From Halorhodospira halophila SL1 (GTDB taxonomy: Bacteria > Pseudomonadota > Gammaproteobacteria > Nitrococcales > Halorhodospiraceae): a stretch of 32,000 nucleotides of DNA. Location: the NCBI RefSeq assembly GCF_000015585.1, contig NC_008789.1, positions 2,220,001 to 2,252,000 of the forward strand, read 5' to 3'. The notes beneath the pieces are model-generated. The model was given only the letters and a program-made list of their open reading frames with translations, did no database searches and was not told the DNA's origin. The number at the start of each line of letters is the position of its first letter. Within the stretch, counting starts at the first letter, position 1. Positions 22,710-31,510 of the stretch are shown in pieces. The translations under genes and the position numbers were made by a program.

Positions 22710-23495
22710 TCAGGCATCCCGCCGCCGCCAGGCCCAGACCATCAGCCCCACGCCAGCGAGGATCATCGGCAGGGTGAGCACCTGCCCCAGGGTCAGCCAG
22801 CCGAAGGCCAGGTAACCGATGTGGGCGTCCGGCATACGGAAGAACTCCACGAAGGCGCGGAAGACGCCGTAGGCGGCGAGGAACAGGCCGGTGACGGCGC
22901 CACGGGCGCGCGGCTTCGCCGAGAACCACCACAGCAGGATGAACAGGGCGATGCCCTCCAGCCCCATCTGGTAGAGCTGCGAGGGGTGGCGCGGCTCGTC
23001 GCCCAGGGGCGGGTAGACCATGGCCCACGGCACATCGGCGGGCCGGCCCCACAGCTCGCCGTTGATGAAGTTGCCCAGCCGCCCGGCCCCCAGGCCGATG
23101 GGCACCAGGGGGGCGGCGAAGTCGCTCAGGCGCAGCAGCGGGATGCGGTAGCGCCAGGCGTAGACGCCCAGGGCGGCGGTGACACCCAGCAGCCCGCCGT
23201 GGAAGGACATGCCCCCCTCCCACAGGCGCAGCAGGGACAGCGGATCCGCCGCCAGGCCGTCGAGGTTGTAGAAGAGGTGGTAGCCGAGCTTGGCGCCGAC
23301 GATCACCCCCAGGGCGCCGAAGAAGACCAGGTCGTCCACCTGCTGCCCGGTCACCGGACTGTCCGACCGGCGCGCCCGCCAGCGGCCCAGCCCCCAGGCG
23401 GCGAGGAAGCCGACGACGTACATCAGGCCGTACCAGTGAATGGCCACCGGCCCGAGCTGGAGGGCGACGGGGTCAATATCGGGATAGACGAGCAT
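22710..23495 (-). CDS. lgt: Prolipoprotein diacylglyceryl transferase
   Basis: Motifs: [57 protein letters not shown]. Confidence 0.95.
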
Positions 23496-23563
23496 GGGCG
23501 GAGGCTAGTGGAGACCGCCCCTGAAAGGCAAGCGCGCCGGCGGCGGCCCACTGCGGTCGGCGC

Positions 23564-23614
23564 GGGACAGAAAGGACCCCCGTGCCCGGCGGCCCGGGGC
23601 CGCGGGCACCGGGG
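23564..23614 (-). terminator. Putative intrinsic terminator downstream of the small OMP gene
   Basis: On the minus strand, CCCCGGTGCCCGCGGCC-CCG-GGCCGCCGGGCACGGGGG forms a long GC stem with one mismatch and one bulge, followed by TCCTTTCT. It lies about 48 nt after the stop at 23663. Confidence 0.5.
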
Positions 23615-23662
23615 TCAGCGCGCTGTAATCAGCGCCGGGACGAAGGAGCCACCGCGGACGGC

Positions 23663-24199
23663 TCAGAAGCCGAAGCCGAAGCCGACATTCAGGTAGAGGC
23701 CGTCCAGGTCGTCGGGCAGATCGTCGGCAGCGGCGCCATCTTCGCCGAAATCGTCCCAGCCGCCGGCGTTGGTCCCCCGGTAGGCGACCTTGGCAAACAT
23801 CTCCGAGGTGTCGCCGGTGTCCAGGGCGAAGCGGCCGTAGACGTCGGTGGCCGTGGCATCAGCGGCGGCCTGGCCGAACATCATGCCGACGCTGGTGGCA
23901 AAGCCGACGCCGCCCACCAGATCGTACTCGGCGGTCAGCCCGCGAATATCGGCGTTTGCGTCACCTTCACCATCCAGCCGCTCGTAGTAAACGCCCATGC
24001 GGAACTCGTCGTTGAGGTGGACGCCGAAGTCGAAGCCGTTGGCGGAGATGTCGCTGTCCTCGGCATCGGAGTCGAAGGCGGTGTAGACCGGTGTGTGGCC
24101 GTACTTGAAGAAGAAGGTCTCGGCGCTGGCCGAGGCGGCGAAGGCCGTAGCCGAGATCAGGGCCACACCGGCAAGGGTCTGCTTGACACCCGTGTGCAT
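23663..24199 (-). CDS. Small acidic outer-membrane beta-barrel protein, unclassified family (178 aa), paralog 1
   Basis: ATG at 24199 preceded by GAGGAGG. Signal peptide MHTGVKQTLAGVALISATAFAASASA|E; amphipathic strand pattern; C-terminal LNVGFGFGF (terminal Phe). Confidence 0.7.
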   Translation of the reverse strand: MHTGVKQTLAGVALISATAFAASASAETFFFKYGHTPVYTAFDSDAEDSDISANGFDFGVHLNDEFRMGVYYERLDGEGDANADIRGLTAEYDLVGGVGFATSVGMMFGQAAADATATDVYGRFALDTGDTSEMFAKVAYRGTNAGGWDDFGEDGAAADDLPDDLDGLYLNVGFGFGF

Positions 24200-24273
24200 G
24201 GTCAACCTCCTCTGTTTGCGCTGGGCTGCTCCCACCTGCGGGAGCGGGGTCCGTTGGCGGATCGGATCCTCAG

Positions 24274-24816
24274 TCAGAAGTGGACGCCGAAGCCGACACT
24301 CAGCGTGAAGCCGTGCGTGTCGCTGGCGTCATCGGCGACGCCGTCAAAGTCCTGGGCAAAGTCGCTGTCCGGCACCGTGCGGTAGGCCAGCTTGGCGTTC
24401 AGGTTGGCGTGGTCGTTGGCCAGCAGCGCAGCGCGGCCGTAGATGTCCGCCACCAGGCTGTTGCCGTTGTCCGAGCGGCCATTGCCCACCATGAAGCCGA
24501 CACTGCCCATGAAGTCGCCGGTCTCGAGCATGCCGTACTCGGCGCTGATGCCCTGGATGTTGGCGCTGGCACCACCGGTGCCATCCAGCCGCTCGTGGTA
24601 GACGCCGGCGCGCAGCTCGTCGGTGATACCGGTGCCGAACTCGAAGGCGTTGCCGGAGAGGTCGCTGTCTTCCACGTCGGAGTCCAGCGCGGTGTAGACC
24701 GGCGTGTGGCTGTAGTTGAAGAAGAAGCTGTGCTCGGCCACCGCCGGGCTCGCCACCAGGGCGCCCGCGGTGAGCAGCGCACAGCCGCCGAGGATGCGTG
24801 GGGAAACGTTGCGCAT
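24274..24816 (-). CDS. Small acidic outer-membrane beta-barrel protein, unclassified family (180 aa), paralog 2
   Basis: ATG at 24816 preceded by AAGGAGG. Signal peptide MRNVSPRILGGCALLTAGALVASPAVA|E; it shares FFF-Y-HTPVYTA-DSD-EDSD, GVY-ERLDG, AEY and YGR-AL blocks with paralog 1; C-terminal SVGFGVHF. Confidence 0.7.
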   Translation of the reverse strand: MRNVSPRILGGCALLTAGALVASPAVAEHSFFFNYSHTPVYTALDSDVEDSDLSGNAFEFGTGITDELRAGVYHERLDGTGGASANIQGISAEYGMLETGDFMGSVGFMVGNGRSDNGNSLVADIYGRAALLANDHANLNAKLAYRTVPDSDFAQDFDGVADDASDTHGFTLSVGFGVHF

Positions 24817-25148
24817 GGAGACCTCCTTGCTCAAAGGGGCTGTTGCCGGAAAGCGCCACCGCCCGCCGGCCCGGGCACAACCCGGGGTGGGCCGCAGCGC
24901 GGAACAGGGGGCGTGGAGAGGCGCGCGGACGCGGGCCAGCGCATGGCAGCCGCCGGGGATCGGCGCGGACAGGCAGGATTCGAGGCCGGGATACACGGCG
25001 CGGGACCTCCTTATCACCGACTCCCCGGAAACCGGGCGCGCCTCCTGCGCACCACCGTTCACGAGAAGTTAGCAACGGGACCGGAACCAGCTCAACGGGC
25101 AGAAGACCGCACGCTCAGCGGCCCCGACCGAGTGCGAATGCGGCAGGC

Positions 25149-26000
25149 TCAGCCGCTGGGGATCGTCAAACGCAGGGAGAGATCCAGGGCGTGGACGTGC
25201 TTGGTCAGGGCGCCGACGGAGATGCGGTCGACGCCGGTGGCGGCCAGGGCGCGCACGGCGTCCAGATCCAGCCCGCCGGAGACCTCCAGGGCGACGCGGC
25301 CGGCGGCCCGGTCCACTGCCTGGCGGATGCCGTCGGCGTCGAAGTTGTCGAGCATCACCACATCGGCCCCGGCGGCGATGGCCTCATCGAGCTGGACCAG
25401 GTCCTCGATCTCCACGGTGATCGGCGTGCCCGCCGCACGCAGGCGCGCCACCTCCACCGCCGGGGTCAGGCCGCCGCAGGCGGCGATGTGGTTCTCCTTG
25501 ATCAGGTAGGCGTCGAACAGCCCGAACCGGTGGTTGCTGCCCCCGCCGGCACGCACCGCGTACTTCTGGGCAGCGCGCAGACCGGGCACGGTCTTGCGGG
25601 TATCGAGCAGCTGCACCCCGGTCCCCGCCACGGCGTCGGCGTAGCGGCGCGCGGTGGTGGCCGTGCCGGAGAGGAACTGCAGGAAGTTCAGCGCCGTACG
25701 CTCGCCGGTGAGCACCGCCCGGCTCGGCCCCTGGATCCGGCAGACCACAGCCCCCGGCTCCACCGCCTCGCCGTCGCTGCACAGCCAGCGCACCCCCACG
25801 CCCCGATCGAGCTGGCGGAAGACCTCGTCGAACCAGGCGGTGCCGCAGAGCACCGCCGCCTCACGGGCCACCACCTGCCCCTCGGCGACGCCGCTGGCCG
25901 GCACCAGGCCGGCGGTGAGATCGCCGCCACCCACGTCCTCGGCCAGGGCGCGGGCGACGTCGTCACGGATGGTCTCGCGGGGGGGCAAGGAGATGGTCAT
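25149..26000 (-). CDS. nadC: Nicotinate-nucleotide diphosphorylase (quinolinate phosphoribosyltransferase)
   Basis: Collinear with E. coli NadC: ALAEDVGGGDLTA, GPSRAVLTGERTALNFLQ, LLDTRKTVPGLR, YLIKENHI, VMLDNF, LEVSGG, ISVGALTKHVHALDLSLR. Confidence 0.95.
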   Translation of the reverse strand: MTISLPPRETIRDDVARALAEDVGGGDLTAGLVPASGVAEGQVVAREAAVLCGTAWFDEVFRQLDRGVGVRWLCSDGEAVEPGAVVCRIQGPSRAVLTGERTALNFLQFLSGTATTARRYADAVAGTGVQLLDTRKTVPGLRAAQKYAVRAGGGSNHRFGLFDAYLIKENHIAACGGLTPAVEVARLRAAGTPITVEIEDLVQLDEAIAAGADVVMLDNFDADGIRQAVDRAAGRVALEVSGGLDLDAVRALAATGVDRISVGALTKHVHALDLSLRLTIPSG

Positions 26001-26107
26001 GGTCGATGCAGCGTCGATGGCTCAGGGTCGTGTCGCAGTGTTCCGGGTTCCGGGGGTGGCGCGCAAGGGCCGCTGCCGGTCCCGCGGCGTCCTGCGGCCC
26101 CGGCGCC

Positions 26108-27316
26108 TCACGGCAGGCTGGTGGCGATCACCGCACGGATGAAGAGCGCCTTGAGGTAGTCGGTCTCGGGGATCGCCGGGTGGATCGGGTGGTCCGGCGG
26201 CAGACCGCCGCGCTCGAGGATGCGCACGGAGCGGTCCAGGTGCCGCCCGGCCGCCAGCAGGATGCCGGAGAGGCGCTCCTCGGGCAGGTGGGCCGAGCAG
26301 GAGCAGCTGAGCAGCACGCCGTCGCGGCCGAGCAGGCGCAGGGCCGCCTCGTTGACCGTGCGGTAGCCGCGCTCACCGGCCTTGCGGTCGCGGCGGCGCT
26401 TGATGAACGCCGGCGGATCCACCACCGCCACGTCGTAGCGCTCGCCCTCCTGACGGGCCGCCGCCAGGTAGTCGTTGACCTCGCCTTCGATCACCGTCAC
26501 CCGATCGCCGACGCCGTTGCGCTCGGCATTGGCGGCGATGCGGTCACACGCCTCGGCGGAGCGCTCCACGGCCACCGCCTCGCGGGCGCCGGCCACCGCG
26601 GCGGCGATGGCGAAGCCGCCGGCGTAGGAGAAGGCGTCCAGCACCCGGGCGTCGCCGGCGTAGGCGGCCAGGCGCCGGCGATTGGCCTGCTGATCGTAAA
26701 ACCAACCCGTCTTCTGCCCGCTGACCACCGGGACCCGGAAGTGCAGCCCCCCTTCGCGGACCTCCAGCTCCTCCGGCCCCGGCTGGCCGAGCCACTCCAC
26801 GCGCAGGTCCAGCCCCTCGCGCTCGCGCACGGCGTTGTCGGCCCGCCAGAGGACGTACGCCGGGGCGACGACCTTCTCCAGGGCCTCCAGCACCTCGGCC
26901 TGCAACCGCTCGATCCCGGCGGTGTTCGGCTGCACCACACAGCAGTCCCCAAAACGGTCGATGACCAGGCCGGGCAGGCCATCGGCCTCGCCGTGGACCA
27001 GCCGGTACCAGGGCTCGGCGAAGAGGCGCTGGCGTGCGGCCAGGGCCACCTGCAGGCGGTGGACCAGGGTCGAGCGATCCAGGGCCACCTTGGCGTCGCG
27101 ACTGACCAGCCGGGCGCAGATCAGCGAGTTGGGGTTGACGTAGGCGCACCCCAGGGCCTTGCCGCGGGCGTCCTCCACCACGGCCTGCTCGCCGGGCGCG
27201 AACCCCCGCAGCGGGGTGTGGGCGGTATCCACCTCGTTGCTGAAGATCCACAGGTGGCCGGCGCGCAGGCGGCGCTCCTCGCCGGGTTTCAGGCGGAGTG
27301 CGGGTCGTTGCTGCAT
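26108..27316 (-). CDS. rlmI: Class I SAM-dependent 23S rRNA (cytosine-C5) methyltransferase, RlmI-like (PUA + MTase)
   Basis: ATG at 27316 preceded by GAGGAGG. Motifs: LRLKPGEERRLRAGHLWIFSNEV, GEADGLPGLVIDRFGD, QKTGWFYDQ, VLDAFSYAGGFA, YDVAVVDPPAF, LLSCSCS. Confidence 0.85.
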   Translation of the reverse strand: MQQRPALRLKPGEERRLRAGHLWIFSNEVDTAHTPLRGFAPGEQAVVEDARGKALGCAYVNPNSLICARLVSRDAKVALDRSTLVHRLQVALAARQRLFAEPWYRLVHGEADGLPGLVIDRFGDCCVVQPNTAGIERLQAEVLEALEKVVAPAYVLWRADNAVREREGLDLRVEWLGQPGPEELEVREGGLHFRVPVVSGQKTGWFYDQQANRRRLAAYAGDARVLDAFSYAGGFAIAAAVAGAREAVAVERSAEACDRIAANAERNGVGDRVTVIEGEVNDYLAAARQEGERYDVAVVDPPAFIKRRRDRKAGERGYRTVNEAALRLLGRDGVLLSCSCSAHLPEERLSGILLAAGRHLDRSVRILERGGLPPDHPIHPAIPETDYLKALFIRAVIATSLP

Positions 27317-27435
27317 GGAGGCCTCCTCGACAGGGCCCGGTATTCTGCGGCGACACTGCGCCGCACGCAATCGCGACCCCAGGGGCGCTTCTTGTTAGAC
27401 TAGCGCCATCGTTGGGATCAGCTGGAGCGACACCC

Positions 27436-28146
27436 GTGCGCATCAAATCCGCCTCTGCCGTCTTCCTCTCCGCCGTCCTGGTCACCGGCCTGCCGCTGAC
27501 CTCCGCCACGGCACAGACGGCCTATGTCGGCGACGAGATCAGCATCTCCTTCCGCACCGGCCCCGGCTCCCAGTACGCCATCGAGCGCTTCCTGAGCACC
27601 GGAGCACCGCTGGAGGTCCTGCCCCTCCCTGAGGACGCCGAGGAGGATTACGGCGAAGTGGCCCTGGAGGACTGGATCTATGTGCGCGACAACCAGGGCG
27701 ACGAGGGCTGGGTGCAGGAGCGCTTCCTGATGGCCGAGGCGCCGGCGCGGGTGCGCATCGGCCAGGTCGAGGAGGAGCGCGACGCCGCCCGGGAGCGGAT
27801 CGCCGAGCTCGAAGAGGAACTGGCCGAGCAAACGGATGAGAAGGACGCCCTGAGCGAGGAGCTGGCCGAGGCCGAGGCGCGCATCGAGGAGCTGGAATCC
27901 GATCTGGAAGCCGCCAGCGACGGCTACGAACTGGTCGAGGCCAACGAGCAGCTCCAGGAGCGGGTGGCGCGGCTGCTCGAGCGCAACGAGCAGCTCGAGG
28001 AGCAGAACACCGCCCTGGCTGAGCGCAGCCGTCAGGAGTGGTTCCTGGCCGGGGCCGGCGTGCTGGTGGGCGGGCTGATCCTCGGCCTGATCCTGCCGCA
28101 CCTGCGCCCGCGTCGCCGGGACGGCTGGGGCGGCGGCGGGCTCTGA
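27436..28146 (+). CDS. SH3-domain / coiled-coil / C-terminal TM protein (TIGR04211, YgiM-like)
   Basis: GTG at 27436 with GGAG upstream. Signal-like N-terminus ending ATAQTAYV; SH3b-like segment ISISFRTGPGSQYAIERFLSTGAPLEVL; long acidic coiled coil; TM segment WFLAGAGVLVGGLILGLILP. Confidence 0.7.
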   Translation: MRIKSASAVFLSAVLVTGLPLTSATAQTAYVGDEISISFRTGPGSQYAIERFLSTGAPLEVLPLPEDAEEDYGEVALEDWIYVRDNQGDEGWVQERFLMAEAPARVRIGQVEEERDAARERIAELEEELAEQTDEKDALSEELAEAEARIEELESDLEAASDGYELVEANEQLQERVARLLERNEQLEEQNTALAERSRQEWFLAGAGVLVGGLILGLILPHLRPRRRDGWGGGGL

Positions 28147-28150
28147 CGCC

Positions 28151-29320
28151 GTGGCCCTGCCCGCACCGGCGCTCCGCGAGATGATCGCCGAGCTGGTCGC
28201 CGAGCCGTCGGTGAGCAGCGTCGAGGCGGATCACGATCAGGGCAATCGCGGCATCACCGAACGGCTCGCCGGCTGGCTCGAGGGGCTGGGCTTCGACTGC
28301 CGCATCCAGCCCCTCCCCGGTCGGCCGGACAAGACCAACCTGATCGCCACCCTGGCGCCCGCCCGCGGCCCGGCCCGCGGCGGCCTGGCCCTGTGCGGGC
28401 ACACCGATACCGTCCCCTGCGACCCGGAGCGCTGGACCGGCGACCCGTGGCGCCTGCGCGAGGCGGACGGCCGGCTCTACGGCCTGGGCGTCACCGACAT
28501 GAAGGCGTTCCTGGCCGTGGCCGTGGAGGCCGCCCGCGAGGTGGATCCGGCGCGGCTCCAGGCGCCGCTGACCCTGCTCTTCACGGCGGATGAGGAGAGC
28601 GGCATGGACGGCGTGCGCGCCCTGCTCGACGCCCACCCGCAGGGGCTCGGCCCGCGCCACGCGGTGGTCGGCGAGCCGACCCGCAACCACCCGGTCCATG
28701 TACACAAGGGCATGATGATGGAGGCCCTGCACATCCAGGGGCGCGCCGGGCACTCCAGCGATCCGCGTCTGGGGCGCAACGCCCTGGACGCCATGACCCG
28801 CGTGCTCAACGCCCTGATCGCCTGGCGCGAGGAGCTGGCCGCGAACCACCACGACGCCCGCTTCGCCGTCCCCCAGCCGACCCTGAACCTGGGCCACATC
28901 CGCGGCGGCGACAACCCCAACCGCATCTGCGGCGAGGCGGAGCTGCACATCGACCTGCGCCCCCTGCCCGGGATGGACCCCGCCGAGCTGCAGCAGACGC
29001 TGGACCGGCGCCTGGCGGAGGCCCTGGGCGACGACGCCGTGCACCTGACCCGGCGGCCGCTGTTCCCGGCCCACCCGCCCATGGCCACCCCGGCGGACGC
29101 CGAGGTGGTGCGCTACGCCGAGACGGTCACCGGCCACCCCGCCGGCGCCGTGGCCTTCGCCACCGAGGCGCCCTATCTGGCCCGCCTCGGCATGGACGTG
29201 GTGGTCCTCGGTCCCGGTGAGATCGAGCAGGCCCACCAGCCCGACGAGTCCATCGACGTCGAGCGCCTGGCGCCCACGGTGGCGCTGCTGCGCCGCTTCA
29301 TCCACCGCTTCTGCCTGTAG
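28151..29320 (+). CDS. argE: Acetylornithine deacetylase (M20 family)
   Basis: Collinear with E. coli ArgE: CGHTDTVP, LYGLGVTDMKAF, FTADEESGM, HKGMMMEALHIQGRAGHSSDP, FAVPQPTLNLGHIRGGDNPNRICGEAELHIDLRPLPGM, VLGPGEIEQAHQPDE. The start is GTG at 28151 (an alternative ATG lies about 30 nt downstream). Confidence 0.9.
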   Translation: MALPAPALREMIAELVAEPSVSSVEADHDQGNRGITERLAGWLEGLGFDCRIQPLPGRPDKTNLIATLAPARGPARGGLALCGHTDTVPCDPERWTGDPWRLREADGRLYGLGVTDMKAFLAVAVEAAREVDPARLQAPLTLLFTADEESGMDGVRALLDAHPQGLGPRHAVVGEPTRNHPVHVHKGMMMEALHIQGRAGHSSDPRLGRNALDAMTRVLNALIAWREELAANHHDARFAVPQPTLNLGHIRGGDNPNRICGEAELHIDLRPLPGMDPAELQQTLDRRLAEALGDDAVHLTRRPLFPAHPPMATPADAEVVRYAETVTGHPAGAVAFATEAPYLARLGMDVVVLGPGEIEQAHQPDESIDVERLAPTVALLRRFIHRFCL

Positions 29321-29334
29321 GCCGCGGAGCCCCC

Positions 29335-30669
29335 ATGCGCCTCGCAGACCTCGACCCGCAGCAGTTCGTGGAGTGGTTCCGCCACGCGGCACCGTACATC
29401 AACGCCCACCGCGGGCGGACCTTCGTGATCGCCTTCCCCGGTGCCGCCGTCGAGCCGCCGCAGATCGATGGCCTGGTCCACGACCTGGCCGTCCTGGCCA
29501 GTCTGGGGGTGCGCCTGGTGCTGGTCCCCGGCGCCCGCCCCCAGGTGGAGCAGCGCCTGCAGCGCCGCGGCCTGGCAGCCCGCTACGCCCAGGGCAGCAC
29601 CGGGCTGCGCATCACCGACGCCGAGGCCCTGGAGTGCGTGCGCGACGCCATCGGCGAGGTGCGCACGCGGCTCGAGGCGCGCCTCTCCACCGGGCTGGCC
29701 ACCTCACCCATGGCCGGACTGCGCATCCGGGTGGCCTCCGGCAACGTCATCACCGCCCGCCCGGTGGGCGTCCGCGACGGCATCGATCACCTCTACACCG
29801 GCGAGGTCCGGCGGGTGGACGCCGAGGCCCTGCGCCGGCGGCTCGACGACGGCGACATCGCCCTGGTCTCGCCGCTGGGCTACTCGCCCACCGGCGAGGC
29901 GTTCAACCTCTCCGCCGAGTCGGTGGCGCGGGCCGTGGGCGAGGCCCTGGCCGCCGACAAGCTCATCCACCTGACCCGGCACGCACCGCTGCACGAGGCC
30001 GACGGCACCCCGGTGCGCGAACTCACCCCGCGCGAGGCGCGGGCCCGGCTGGACACCGACGGCCTGGCCGGCGACGCCCGGCGCCTGCTGCACAGCGCCC
30101 ACCAGGCCTGCCTGGGCGGCGTGGCCCGGGTGCACCTGCTCGACCGCAATCAGCACGGCGCCCTGCTCCTGGAGCTCTTCACCCGCGACGGCGTCGGCAC
30201 CCTGATCGCCCCGGAGCCGTTCGAGTCCCTGCGCACCGCTGGGGTGGACGACATCCCGGGGATCCTGGGGCTGATCCGCCCGCTGGAGGAGAGCGGCGCG
30301 CTGGTCTACCGCCCCCAGGAGCTGCTTGAGGAGCAGATCGGCACCTTCACCGTGGCCGAACGCGACGGCGCCGTGATCGCCACCGGGGCGCTGCTGCCCT
30401 GGCCGGCGGAGGACGCCGGGGAGATCGCGTGCCTGGCGGTCGATCCGGACTACCGCGGCGCCGGGCGCGCCGATACGCTGGTCCGGCGCCTGGAGCAGCA
30501 GGCCCGCAACCACGGCCTGCGCCGGCTGTTCGTGCTCACCACCCGGGCCGAGCACTGGTTCCGCGAGCGCGGTTTCGAACCCGCCGGCCCCGAGGCCCTG
30601 CCGGCGGCCCGCCGGGCCCTCTACGACCAGACCCGGGGCTCGAAGGTCCTGGTCCGGGACATCCCGTAA
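29335..30669 (+). CDS. argA: Amino-acid N-acetyltransferase (N-acetylglutamate synthase)
   Basis: Collinear with E. coli ArgA: FVEWFRHAAPYINAHRGRTFVI, LGVRLVLVPGARPQ, FNLSAESVA, DGALLLELFTRDGVGT, ILGLIRPLEESGALV, LFVLTTRAEHWFRERGF, SKVLVRDI. Confidence 0.95.
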   Translation: MRLADLDPQQFVEWFRHAAPYINAHRGRTFVIAFPGAAVEPPQIDGLVHDLAVLASLGVRLVLVPGARPQVEQRLQRRGLAARYAQGSTGLRITDAEALECVRDAIGEVRTRLEARLSTGLATSPMAGLRIRVASGNVITARPVGVRDGIDHLYTGEVRRVDAEALRRRLDDGDIALVSPLGYSPTGEAFNLSAESVARAVGEALAADKLIHLTRHAPLHEADGTPVRELTPREARARLDTDGLAGDARRLLHSAHQACLGGVARVHLLDRNQHGALLLELFTRDGVGTLIAPEPFESLRTAGVDDIPGILGLIRPLEESGALVYRPQELLEEQIGTFTVAERDGAVIATGALLPWPAEDAGEIACLAVDPDYRGAGRADTLVRRLEQQARNHGLRRLFVLTTRAEHWFRERGFEPAGPEALPAARRALYDQTRGSKVLVRDIP

Positions 30670-30699
30670 ACCGCCAACACCGAGGAGTTTTGCGGGCTG

Positions 30700-31494
30700 A
30701 TGCGCGCCTATCTCGATCTCGTCCAACACGTCCTGGAGCACGGCCACCGCAAGGAGGACCGCACCGGCACCGGCACGCTGTCGGTCTTCGGCCACCAGAT
30801 GCGCTTCGATCTGGAGGCGGGCTTCCCGCTGGTGACCACCAAGCGGGTCTTCTGGCGCGGCGTGGCCGAGGAGCTGCTGTGGTTCATCCGCGGCAGCACC
30901 AACGCCCGCGAGCTGGAGGACAAGGGCGTGCGCATCTGGTCGCCGTGGGCCGACCCGGACGGCGAGCTGGGGCCGGTCTACGGCGCCCAGTGGCGCAGCT
31001 GGCGCGCCGCCGACGGCCGCGAGATCGACCAGCTCCAGCAGGTCCTGACCGAACTGCGCCAGCGCCCCGACTCGCGCCGGCACCTGGTCAGCGCCTGGAA
31101 CGTCGGCGAGCTCGAGCGCATGAACCTGCCGCCCTGCCACCTGCTGTTCCAGTTCTACGTGGCCGAGGGGCGTCTGTCCTGCCAGCTCTACCAGCGCAGC
31201 GCCGACCTGTTCCTGGGCGTGCCGTTCAATATCGCCTCCTACAGCCTGCTGACCCACCTGGTAGCCCGCCACGTGGGGCTGGAGGTGGGCGAGTTCATCT
31301 GGACCGGCGGCGACTGCCACCTCTACCTCAACCACCTAGCCCAGGCCCGGGAGCAGCTCAGCCGCGCGCCGCGACCGCTGCCCACCCTGCACATCGACCC
31401 TGGGGTCACCGACCTCTTCGCGGTGCGCTACGAGCACCTGCGCCTGGCGGGCTACGACCCCCACCCCAAGCTGACCGCCCCGGTGGCGGTCTGA
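30700..31494 (+). CDS. thyA: Thymidylate synthase
   Basis: Motifs: [25 protein letters not shown], catalytic [47 protein letters not shown]. Confidence 0.97.
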   Translation: MRAYLDLVQHVLEHGHRKEDRTGTGTLSVFGHQMRFDLEAGFPLVTTKRVFWRGVAEELLWFIRGSTNARELEDKGVRIWSPWADPDGELGPVYGAQWRSWRAADGREIDQLQQVLTELRQRPDSRRHLVSAWNVGELERMNLPPCHLLFQFYVAEGRLSCQLYQRSADLFLGVPFNIASYSLLTHLVARHVGLEVGEFIWTGGDCHLYLNHLAQAREQLSRAPRPLPTLHIDPGVTDLFAVRYEHLRLAGYDPHPKLTAPVAV

Positions 31495-31510
31495 GCCCCG
31501 CGGAGCCCCT

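Noticed and set aside
24817-25062. In-frame upstream extension of the second small OMP (ORF-track start 25062, or TAAGGAGG-N9-GTG at about 25003)
   Set aside because: The extension would place 64-82 Cys/Pro/Arg-rich residues in front of a canonical signal peptide. The ATG at 24816 has its own AAGGAGG, and its paralog starts at the equivalent position. It is kept only as a note in the leader finding.
27539-31335. Long minus-strand ORFs 27539-29392 (617 aa) and 29704-31335 (543 aa)
   Set aside because: They are antisense to the SH3 protein, argE, argA and thyA genes. They are Arg/Gly/Ala/Pro-rich with no motifs, while the sense genes align residue by residue with the E. coli enzymes.
22710-31494. 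lgt and thyA in one window, recalling the E. coli lgt-thyA operon
   Set aside because: Here they lie on opposite strands, 7.2 kb apart, with eight unrelated genes between them. There is no operon relationship and no sequence evidence (repeats or mobile-element scars) of a recent insertion.
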